Shown: piece after piece, positions 48,945-56,884 of the stretch
Layout: each line of letters begins with the position of its first letter
How positions within the stretch are numbered: the stretch's first letter is position 1
Source: Candidatus Latescibacterota bacterium
GTDB taxonomy: Bacteria; Latescibacterota; UBA2968
Direction: 5' to 3'
Length of the DNA stretch: 64,000 nucleotides
Assembly: GCA_965116885.1 (NCBI GenBank)
Contig: OZ220741.1
Location: forward strand, 2,528,001-2,592,000
Notes under the pieces: model-generated
The model's database searches: none
Told to the model about the DNA's origin: nothing
What the model saw: the letters and a program-made list of their open reading frames with translations, nothing else
Made by a program: the position numbers and the translations under genes

Positions 48945-50186
48945 TTAGAATTGAAAGCCGAGTGCAAAACTGGCGGTATTTTCGCCGTTGAAGTTGCCCG
49001 TGCCCAACCGACGCATGGCATAGTCGCCTTTCAGGACGACGGCATTGCCCATGGTGTAGTTGATGCCGAGCGTGTAAACGCGGCGTTGGAAACGCGGGTT
49101 GTCAAAAAAGTTCTGTGGCATTTCGGCCATTGTATCGTAGCTATCAAATCGAAAGAACAGGTGGCATTGATCCTCTTTACGCGAAGTGAAGAAGGGCATG
49201 ATGTCGTAACCGGCTTCGGCGTAAAATGCGTACGCTGCACTGGCAACGGGCGTTCTCAAGACGTCGAGGTTGTTGGATAATGTGCGGTTGCGCTCGCTGA
49301 CAATGTCCGCATTTTGCAGGTTTCCGTAGAGGTACATGCCCTGTGCGCGGAAGCGATTGTATCGCAGCACAGCGTGAACGTCAAAAATGGATATGTAGGC
49401 GTCCGTATCTTTCATGTCGGGTTTGGGGCGGTTGTCGGCGCTGTTGCCGCGGTAGCCCGATACGCCAAAGGTGAGACCGTTGATGAGGCGGTAGTCCAAC
49501 CGGCCCACAAGGGCCATGTTGGTTGCGCGGACTTCTTCAAAGCGCGTTTGATGCCCGCCCACAATCCAGTTTTGCGAATCGAAGCCCGTGGCGTCTAAGC
49601 CGTTGACGAGTTGGAGTTGGTAGGTCAGGCGATTGGTATGACCGCTGATTTCAATACCTGTTTCGTGCCATATTGCTGGAATAACCGCGGTCTCCGATTC
49701 GGAGCGGCGGGTGCCAAAAAAATCTGTGGGGTGGTATTGCTCTGTGGTGAGGCCCACCGCGACGTAGAAGTGGCCCAGGCGGATGTTGAAGGCGTCGCTA
49801 AATTCGCGTTTGATGTAGAGTTCTTCGAGGATGACTTCTCCGCCTTTTTCCACTTCGGTTTCGTATTCGCCGAATTCCTCGTATTCGATTTCGAGGGCAC
49901 CGCCTGTGCCGCCGTGTTCGATTTCTACTTCGGTTTCCAGTTCGACACCGCGCAGCAGACGCAATTCCATTTCGAGTGCCAAACGCGCAATATCTATGGT
50001 GGCGCGGCTATCTGGCGGCGAACCCGCTGGGCCGCTTTTCTGGTCGGGACCGTAATCAAAGTGGGAGTAGATGAGTTCACCGTATCCCGTGATTTTAATT
50101 TTGGGTGCTGACTTATGGTCTTCTGCCATGATGCTTATTGGCAGCGCGAGCGTTAGACAGATGCGAAATAAAAGAAGTCGGTTCAT
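48945..50186 (-). CDS. Outer-membrane porin associated with imelysin operons
   Basis: Signal peptide; EIEHGG, acidic EYEEFGEYETEVEKGGEV loop, IPAIWHETG, terminal F. Confidence 0.8.
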   Translation of the reverse strand: MNRLLLFRICLTLALPISIMAEDHKSAPKIKITGYGELIYSHFDYGPDQKSGPAGSPPDSRATIDIARLALEMELRLLRGVELETEVEIEHGGTGGALEIEYEEFGEYETEVEKGGEVILEELYIKREFSDAFNIRLGHFYVAVGLTTEQYHPTDFFGTRRSESETAVIPAIWHETGIEISGHTNRLTYQLQLVNGLDATGFDSQNWIVGGHQTRFEEVRATNMALVGRLDYRLINGLTFGVSGYRGNSADNRPKPDMKDTDAYISIFDVHAVLRYNRFRAQGMYLYGNLQNADIVSERNRTLSNNLDVLRTPVASAAYAFYAEAGYDIMPFFTSRKEDQCHLFFRFDSYDTMAEMPQNFFDNPRFQRRVYTLGINYTMGNAVVLKGDYAMRRLGTGNFNGENTASFALGFQF

Positions 50187-50206
50187 AAACCTCCCCTGTG
50201 TGAGTA

Positions 50207-50328
50207 TTGACGCTTAAAAGGCGTGCTGTTATATTGTGTTTTGCAAGCGCAGAGGGTTTGATCTCTCTGTCGCGTGCGTGCGGGTGATCGGTGATGGCCG
50301 GCAAGTCAGAACCGATCGCCCTTTTTTT
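50207..50328 (+). ncRNA. Putative antisense small RNA unit (promoter, about 85-nt transcript, terminator)
   Basis: TTGACG-N17-TATATT (50207-50235); hairpin 50282-50321 with T7. Confidence 0.45.
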
Positions 50329-51083
50329 CATGTCCGACGGCGCTTTCGGGTGCGCCACCAGATGACCAGGCCAGAGATGGACAGGCCGATCAGGCCCCAG
50401 GCGGCGATGTCGTAGAGATAGACAAACCAGTCGGCGAAGAAATAGCCGGTATGAATCTGGTGCATGATCGTGTAGAGATCTCGTCCGGGTTTTGCGGATT
50501 GGCCTACAGAGGCCCAGGTTTTTCCGCCATTGGAACTGGTGAGCAGGCCGCCCGATGTCCACAGGTTCAAATTTTGGGTGGAGCCTATGCCAATGCGCTG
50601 GAGGCGAATGCCTTCGGCAAGAGGCATAAATCCGAGGCCGACTTGTTCCCATACGATGCCGCCGTCGGTTGAGCGAATGAGGCCCAGGTCTTCGAGGACG
50701 ACGTATATGTGATCGGGATTGTCGGGCGCGTAGGCGATATCCACAGCGCGTTCTGCCGCGAAGAGCATTGGGACTTCGGTCCAGGTTTTTCCGCCGTCTT
50801 CAGAAGAATAAAGTGCCGAGCGCGTGCCGCGATAGAGGTGTTGGGGATCGCGGGGGTCAACCGCAAATGAGAGGGTGCGTTCAGAGGGCGCGCCGAGCAG
50901 ACTGGGGTGATTGAGCAAAAAACCCGAGACAGCGAGGAGTGATAAAAATATGAGTGCGCCGATGCCGACATAGCGATGGAGTTTGCGGAAAAATTCGGCG
51001 CGTTTTTTGCGCGTTTTGGGCTGTTTCTTGTGAAGCGGGATGGTTTTGTTCCGACGTGTGTAGGCTTGAGGTGTAGCACTCAT
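50328..51083 (-). CDS. PepSY-associated TM protein with inserted BNR/Asp-box repeats
   Basis: RKLHRYVG, SGFLLNH, SEDGGKTW/STDGGIVW/SSNGGKTW, HQIHTG, SGLVIWW. Confidence 0.8.
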   Translation of the reverse strand: MSATPQAYTRRNKTIPLHKKQPKTRKKRAEFFRKLHRYVGIGALIFLSLLAVSGFLLNHPSLLGAPSERTLSFAVDPRDPQHLYRGTRSALYSSEDGGKTWTEVPMLFAAERAVDIAYAPDNPDHIYVVLEDLGLIRSTDGGIVWEQVGLGFMPLAEGIRLQRIGIGSTQNLNLWTSGGLLTSSNGGKTWASVGQSAKPGRDLYTIMHQIHTGYFFADWFVYLYDIAAWGLIGLSISGLVIWWRTRKRRRT

Positions 51084-51667
51084 TGGGATTCTTTTTTTGG
51101 GTAAATGACATCGAGGACGGTGAGAACTCTCTTGACGCCCGCGTTTAAGGCGCGCACCGATAGGGTTGCGCCACTGATGCCGATGATGTCGCGGTTGAGA
51201 CGAATGTGATGATTGACATTTTTATTTCTATATTGGGTCAAGAACCGCTGGCGCTTGACCTGACCGCCTCGCGATTCGCGATAGACCATGATCCATACAC
51301 CGCCAACGCGGTGGTCGGGTTTGACCTTGACGATGAAGGTGATGGGTTTGTAGAGGCCAATTTGATTCGCGATGATCGCGTATCCCTGATGTCGGTCATT
51401 TTTTTTTGCCTGAAAAATCGTGAAATCGGGTTCTTCGAGGCGCCACCCCAACCGCCGTTCAATGCGCCGCCGTTCTTGTGGGGTTGGGGTCCAGACTTCG
51501 CTCCAGAGCGTGTCTGCATCTGGGAAGGCTTTTTTTAGAGCCTGTTCTTCTGTGAGATATACAGTGATAGCCTCTGGGCCATCGGGACCCTGCGCGAATC
51601 CGAGTCCCGACAGGAGGCAGACCATGATACAGAGCACGTACTTATTTTTTATCACTGTTTTCTCCAA
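51080..51667 (-). CDS. Extracytoplasmic FMN-binding protein
   Basis: Signal peptide; YRESRG, DIIGISGATLS flavinylation motif. Confidence 0.85.
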   Translation of the reverse strand: MEKTVIKNKYVLCIMVCLLSGLGFAQGPDGPEAITVYLTEEQALKKAFPDADTLWSEVWTPTPQERRRIERRLGWRLEEPDFTIFQAKKNDRHQGYAIIANQIGLYKPITFIVKVKPDHRVGGVWIMVYRESRGGQVKRQRFLTQYRNKNVNHHIRLNRDIIGISGATLSVRALNAGVKRVLTVLDVIYPKKESQ

Positions 51668-51676
51668 CTCCTTTTT

Positions 51677-52795
51677 TTAGAAATACGATGCAATCGAAAA
51701 GAAGAGGCGTCCAATGCCGTCGCCTTTGTCGCCATTTGCCGGGGTCTTATAGGTGGTGTTGTAATCCAGCTTGAAAGCCGTGTCTTCAACGGGGCGGAAG
51801 TTCAAACCAAAGGTGATCCCGTATTCCGAATCGCCACTTACCGAGGTATCAAAATCGACCCAGTCCCAGCGCGCGATGGCTGTGAACACGGATTCTGACA
51901 AGAAATGATCGTGCCCAAAATGAAAGTTGGTTTGTGCATAAGCACCGCGCTGGTCGCCATTAAATCCATCGGCGGTGGCTTGTCCGTATTCGCCCTGAAG
52001 TTCAAAGGGTCCCTGTGTAAATTGCGCGTCGGCTCCGAAGATGGAGAGGCGGTTGTTGCCCGCATCGTCGTATTTGCCCGTGTGAAGAGATGCGCCGAGG
52101 TCAATGCCCAGTCGCGGGCTGAAGCCGAATCGTCCGACGAGTGCTTTGTCGTGGTTGTTGTCCGATTTTTGGCTGCCCCGTCCGCTTCGAATGCGGAGAT
52201 TGCCGCTGGAGTTGACTTTTTCGTTGAATCCGTTGACGAGGTAGATTTCATAGGTTGCTACGGAGAGTTCAGAGGGGTAAAAGGTGCCAAAGAAGCCCAT
52301 TCCCGCTTCTGAGAGGGTGGATGGCATGATCTGACGGTTCACGGTGGGGCGTTCGGTGAGGTCGTTGAGCGGGCTATCGTGCAAGAGGTTGAAGCGCCCA
52401 AGTGGAGAGAGTATGACACCGCCCCGATAGTTGAAGGCTTCTGTAAAGGTGAAGTCCATGATGGCGAATTCGAGTTTGATTTCGCCATCGGTGTTGCTGC
52501 TGCCTTTGACGAGCCCCCCGTGTTCAAATTCGATTTCGCATGAAACGTGAATTCGGTCGGTGATTTCCGAAAAGATGAAGGGGATAAAACGGTGCTGGTC
52601 AAAGGTGCTGTCTTTTCCTTCTGTCCATTCAAATTCGTGGTCAATATATCCGCCGATAGCTACATTTCTGCCCATGCGTTTGATATAGGGTTTGTCGTAT
52701 ATGCTGCCGGGCAATTCGGGCCGTTTGTTTTCTTCGGCTATGGTGGGTAGTGCGAGTGTGAGAGATAAGAACGAAACGAGCAGTTTGAAGCGCAT
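51677..52795 (-). CDS. Outer-membrane porin (OprO/P-like)
   Basis: Signal peptide; IGGY, EIEFEHGG, GRFNLLHDSP, GLNFRP, terminal YF; ATG 52795 after AGGAG. Confidence 0.78.
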   Translation of the reverse strand: MRFKLLVSFLSLTLALPTIAEENKRPELPGSIYDKPYIKRMGRNVAIGGYIDHEFEWTEGKDSTFDQHRFIPFIFSEITDRIHVSCEIEFEHGGLVKGSSNTDGEIKLEFAIMDFTFTEAFNYRGGVILSPLGRFNLLHDSPLNDLTERPTVNRQIMPSTLSEAGMGFFGTFYPSELSVATYEIYLVNGFNEKVNSSGNLRIRSGRGSQKSDNNHDKALVGRFGFSPRLGIDLGASLHTGKYDDAGNNRLSIFGADAQFTQGPFELQGEYGQATADGFNGDQRGAYAQTNFHFGHDHFLSESVFTAIARWDWVDFDTSVSGDSEYGITFGLNFRPVEDTAFKLDYNTTYKTPANGDKGDGIGRLFFSIASYF

Positions 52796-52835
52796 GCTTT
52801 TCTCCTGTGTAAAACACAAGACCATTCAAAGTGGG

Positions 52836-52946
52836 TTGACATGGTGCGCGAGAAACCCTACTTTGAATGTGAGTTGTGCTTTTGGTGTGACTCAGACCAT
52901 CTTCCGCCGGGCTGGCAGGCTCTTAAAGCGGGAGGTGGTCTTTTTT
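52836..52946 (+). ncRNA. Putative antisense small RNA unit (promoter, about 75-nt transcript, terminator)
   Basis: TTGACA-N17-TACTTT (52836-52864); hairpin 52894-52941 with T run. Confidence 0.45.
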
Positions 52947-52956
52947 GTTTGGTGGT

Positions 52957-53034
52957 CTATAAAAATGTTTTACTAACAAAACACTCGCCCAACAAATAAA
53001 ACAAGTGTTGGGCTTATGTCAATATTTTTTTAAT
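52957..53034 (-). promoter_or_regulatory. Promoter/operator of the iron operon, copy 1
   Basis: Minus-strand TTGACA; CCCAACA-N11-TGTTGGG and TGTTTT-N6-AAAACA palindromes. Confidence 0.6.
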
Positions 53035-53305
53035 AATTCAGGGGATATGTCAACATATTTTTTAATAACTGATGTTACGCAGTTTGTCGAAAAGTACGCC
53101 ATTTTTGCACAATAATATAGAGTTCTGTGTAAGATCAGTTATTAGTCTATTCCGATTTTTAGTTGGAAAGCACCAGAATGAATGAGTGAATCATCCGTAC
53201 ACTAAAATCGGTCGGGCCACCAAACGTGTGGATGACCGGGTGGAAAGAGAGCTTCCAGTACAGGAATAATTTCCTCTGTTATTCTCACACATTACATTTG
53301 GGACT

Positions 53306-54025
53306 TCAGAGTCGCTCATTCGCTGTCGATTCCCGGTTTTGCATCGCCACGAAATGGCGTTCCACCCGGCCTGTCGCCAACATCGTACCGATGAGCAGTA
53401 ACCATAGAACGAAGGCTGGCCCACTGAAATGATGCATACCGATCACTGCGTCTGTCCATATAAATTGCATGGCGATGCCGATAACTGCAGATGCGGGTGC
53501 GACATATCTGAGTTGACCGCCGACTTTCCACTGGTACCGCGCCGCGAGGATGAGTGCCAATCCAGCTGCCGAGAAACCGATTTTGCCGGTGAACCATCGA
53601 AGGTATTCGGTCGTCTCTGCCGTGGCGGTCACTTCTGGAGCAATGGCAACAAGCGCGATTGTACACGCCCCGGAAATGATCGTAAAAAGTCCAGACACAG
53701 CGAACAGCACCGGTACCAGAGGCGTACCCAGTCGCTCCTTGATAATCCAGGTTCTCGACAAAAACCACGCACCTGCAACCAGCGCAACCCCCGAGAGCAG
53801 CCTGCCGACACCTCCCGTAGCGTAAAGGCCACCACTCTCTGAGATCGCGACGAGCGATTCAGCAAACGTGGATTGATCCGCGTCGGCAGCGACTCGTCCA
53901 ATAACGGCAACACCTGTTGCTAATGCAGTCAATATCAGAGATAGCCCTCCTTTGCGAGTGCTGGCATCCTGTGGCCGATCAACTATCTCCTCGCCCGAAG
54001 TTGATGGATGCGATGATTCTTTCAT
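53306..54025 (-). CDS. Hypothetical multi-pass membrane protein
   Basis: About 6 hydrophobic segments; AAGGAG RBS. Confidence 0.7.
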   Translation of the reverse strand: MKESSHPSTSGEEIVDRPQDASTRKGGLSLILTALATGVAVIGRVAADADQSTFAESLVAISESGGLYATGGVGRLLSGVALVAGAWFLSRTWIIKERLGTPLVPVLFAVSGLFTIISGACTIALVAIAPEVTATAETTEYLRWFTGKIGFSAAGLALILAARYQWKVGGQLRYVAPASAVIGIAMQFIWTDAVIGMHHFSGPAFVLWLLLIGTMLATGRVERHFVAMQNRESTANERL

Positions 54026-54058
54026 AGTGATTACTCCTTTTATGTGGGTACAGCGGAG

Positions 54059-54628
54059 TCAATCCGTCCAGTTCAGCACCTCTTCGAGAGGTTTGCGCCT
54101 CGGTTCAGGTATTTCATCGGGATATCCGGTATAGAAAAATCCGATGATGTATTCGTCCTCGGTATCTACACCCAACAATTTGTAGGTGTTTTCTTCCAGC
54201 GTGATCGGCCCCGTGCTCCACTGCATGCCAACCCCTTCTGCCCAGGCGGCCAACTGTACATTTTGCATGGCGCAACACGCAGCCGCATAATCTTCTCTGT
54301 TCTTGATGTCATCGCCATCTTGCAAACACACCACCGCAATAATTGTGGGCTTTGACATGAACTTGTCATAACCGGCATCTTTTAATATGCGCCTGGCCTC
54401 GTCGCTGGCACCTTCAGCCGCTTTTGCCTCCTGAATTTCGCTGTAGCGTTGCGCCAGTATTTCTTTGGTTTCTTCTCCCAGGACTACAAACCGCCACGGT
54501 TCTGTCAAATGGTGATTGGGTGCCCAAAGACCGGCCTCAAAAGTTTTTTCAATCACATCTTTGGGCACACCACCCGGTTTGAACTTAAAAATTGTGCGCC
54601 GTGTGTGAATGGCTTCCAAAACGTCCAT
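54059..54628 (-). CDS. Nitroreductase family protein
   Basis: AIHTRRTI, WAPNHHLTEPWRF, AMQNVQLAAWAEGVG. Confidence 0.9.
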   Translation of the reverse strand: MDVLEAIHTRRTIFKFKPGGVPKDVIEKTFEAGLWAPNHHLTEPWRFVVLGEETKEILAQRYSEIQEAKAAEGASDEARRILKDAGYDKFMSKPTIIAVVCLQDGDDIKNREDYAAACCAMQNVQLAAWAEGVGMQWSTGPITLEENTYKLLGVDTEDEYIIGFFYTGYPDEIPEPRRKPLEEVLNWTD

Positions 54629-54704
54629 TGCTTGCCTCCTGTTGGGTTTCGGTAAAAGAAAGTCTTAAAGTTTGGTTTGGTAGTAATCTTTTTTGTTTTG
54701 TGAA

Positions 54705-54784
54705 CTATAGAATTGTTTTGCTGGTAAAACAATCGCCCAACAAACAAAACAAATGTTGGGTATATGTCAACAATTTTTTTAATA
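54705..54784 (-). promoter_or_regulatory. Promoter/operator, copy 2, upstream of nitroreductase
   Basis: Near-identical to 52957-53034, both palindromes conserved. Confidence 0.6.
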
Positions 54785-54845
54785 GTTTAGAGGATAAAGC
54801 AACATTTTTTTAATAATTAGCCGTCAGTGGTCAGCAAAAATCTCC

Positions 54846-54950
54846 TGGATCGCAGTTCGGCCCTGTCCCTGCGGGAGTAAGCAGGGGATCTTGCCGCGAT
54901 GACGATCGCTATGCCCGTTGTCACGCCTGCATGCCTTAAGCAGGCGTCCA
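54846..54950. repeat. Two oppositely oriented GTCA...TCCA REP-like palindromes
   Basis: TGTCACGCCTGCATGCCTTAAGCAGGCGTCCA (54919-54950) and inverted TGGATCGC...GCGATGAC (54846-54903); related to 33790. Confidence 0.6.
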
Positions 54951-55052
54951 AAAAGAGGGAGGCTGATCGCTCTTGGCTCATCACTTTACACTTTGCACTT
55001 TGTACATAACCGTCTATTTTGCAGAGGAGTTTTGGCAATGAGGAGGTACGAA

Positions 55053-56030
55053 ATGTCTGAAAGGTTGAAGGTCGCTGTTATTGGTGCGAGTGGCATTGGA
55101 CAGCACCACGCGCGATGGCACCATTTGTCGGGGTCTCGAGTGGTGGCATTTGTGGGTACTTCGGAAGAATCGTGTGCAAAGACCCGATCGCAATTGCAGG
55201 CGTATTTTGGCTTTGATGGGCACGCATATACGGATGTGGCACACATGCTGGCGACTGAACAGCCCGATGTAGTCGATGTTTCAAGTCCTTTTAATTTGCA
55301 CAGAGACCATGCAATTATGGCTCTGGAAAGTGGGTGCCATGTGGTGTGTGAAAAGCCCTTGTGTTGGGATGTGGATAGGGATTTGGACGATATTCTGGCA
55401 GATGGACAGGCTGTGGTGCGTGCGGCGGAACAGGCGGGGAAGTCGCTGGTGATGTCTGCACAGTATCCCGCGGGGATTTCAGTTTATCGCGATTTTTACG
55501 CGCGTGTGCGGGGGGCGTGGGATAAGGTTGAATCGCTTGAGATGGAGATGGAGGTGAAGGGGCGGGGGGGACCAAAGACGCGGGAAGCTATCTGGATTGA
55601 TGTGGCTTCCCATCCGCTGAGTTTGGTTCTGGGGTTTTTGCCAGGGGGAGAAATCGATTGGACAACGGTCTCATGTGCAATAGGCGAGCGGGAAAATCGC
55701 GCGGGTTTTGAGGTAGTTACGCCCAGTGGACGGTGCGATGTGCGGTTTGTTTTGCGCGATATCGATGAGGGGGTGCCTGCGCGGCAATTTGGCGTGAATG
55801 GCTTTTTGGTGAATTGGGAAGGGTTTGCCGATGAGGAGGGTATTTATCGCGCGCGATTGGTCCACGGAGACGAGGCTGTGATTTGTGACGATTTTATGCA
55901 TATTTTAATCGATGAATTTGGCAAGTATGTGCGCGGCGAAGGTGGGCGGGTTGTTGTTTCTGGCGCGGATGCGTTGGTGAATTTACAGTATCAAATTGCT
56001 CTGTTAAAGCTGGCGGAGTGGCCTGTATGA
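55053..56030 (+). CDS. Gfo/Idh/MocA oxidoreductase
   Basis: VIGASGIG, VVCEKP, DVASH; ATG 55053 after AGGAGG. Confidence 0.85.
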   Translation: MSERLKVAVIGASGIGQHHARWHHLSGSRVVAFVGTSEESCAKTRSQLQAYFGFDGHAYTDVAHMLATEQPDVVDVSSPFNLHRDHAIMALESGCHVVCEKPLCWDVDRDLDDILADGQAVVRAAEQAGKSLVMSAQYPAGISVYRDFYARVRGAWDKVESLEMEMEVKGRGGPKTREAIWIDVASHPLSLVLGFLPGGEIDWTTVSCAIGERENRAGFEVVTPSGRCDVRFVLRDIDEGVPARQFGVNGFLVNWEGFADEEGIYRARLVHGDEAVICDDFMHILIDEFGKYVRGEGGRVVVSGADALVNLQYQIALLKLAEWPV

Positions 56031-56770
56031 GTGCAGATATTGGGGTGGTGATTACCACGCATAATTACGGGCATTATCTCGCCGCGTGTTTGGAATCGGT
56101 TTTGTCACAGACGCTTTTGCCCCGTCAGGTGGTGGTGGTTGACGATGCGAGTGAAGATAATGCGGCAGATGTTGTGGCATCTTTTTCCGATGTGCAGTAC
56201 TGTCGCGTGGATTTTCGCAATGGCAACCGCGCTCGGAATTTTGGGTTTTTGAAGGTTTCGACTCCTTATGTCGCGTTTTTTGATGCCGATAATGTGATGA
56301 TGCCGCGTTTTCTATATGTGCTTTACGGTGCGTTGCAAGAGGTTCCCCGCGCGGTTTATGCTTATGGTGATCGCATTGTGTTTGCCGACGGCGATTTACA
56401 GCAGGGCGAACGCGAGGTGTCTGGCCCGTTTGACGTGCGGCGATTGCGCGCGGGAAATTATATCGATCTCGCCGCGTTGATTCGAGCTGATCGCTTTCCC
56501 GGATTTGATCCCGATGTGCGCCGATATCAGGATTGGGATTTGTGGTTGAATATCGCGCTCAAACAGGGGGGGATTGGGCAGTATGTGCCCGGGGCATTAT
56601 ATTATTATCGGGTGCATGCTCAAAGTGTAAGCCAGCGCGAAGATAGAGACCGGGCTATGTGGCGTATCCGCAGAAAATATCGTCTCGGATGGGGTGCGCT
56701 GCCCTTGCTGCGCCATTCTTTCAAGCTCTATCAACTCGCGCGGAAGACGAAGTCGGTGTGGACGGGGTGA
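56027..56770 (+). CDS. Glycosyltransferase family 2
   Basis: VVITTHNY, VVDDASED, ARNFG, FFDAD, QDWDLWL. Confidence 0.9.
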   Translation: MSADIGVVITTHNYGHYLAACLESVLSQTLLPRQVVVVDDASEDNAADVVASFSDVQYCRVDFRNGNRARNFGFLKVSTPYVAFFDADNVMMPRFLYVLYGALQEVPRAVYAYGDRIVFADGDLQQGEREVSGPFDVRRLRAGNYIDLAALIRADRFPGFDPDVRRYQDWDLWLNIALKQGGIGQYVPGALYYYRVHAQSVSQREDRDRAMWRIRRKYRLGWGALPLLRHSFKLYQLARKTKSVWTG

Positions 56771-56884
56771 GCGGTTGGAGGGAACTTCTGACCGCTGCCA
56801 TCTTGACATGATGCGGTGTAGGCGTTACTTTTTTCGGGTGTGTACATATACTCAATAAGGGCATTCATAAAAGTGGAGATTGCC

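Noticed and set aside
52800..52950. NiCo (czcD) or other known metal riboswitch in the iron operon leader
   Set aside because: GCAGGC and GCCGGG words are on the antisense strand and in the wrong order; no four-way junction evident
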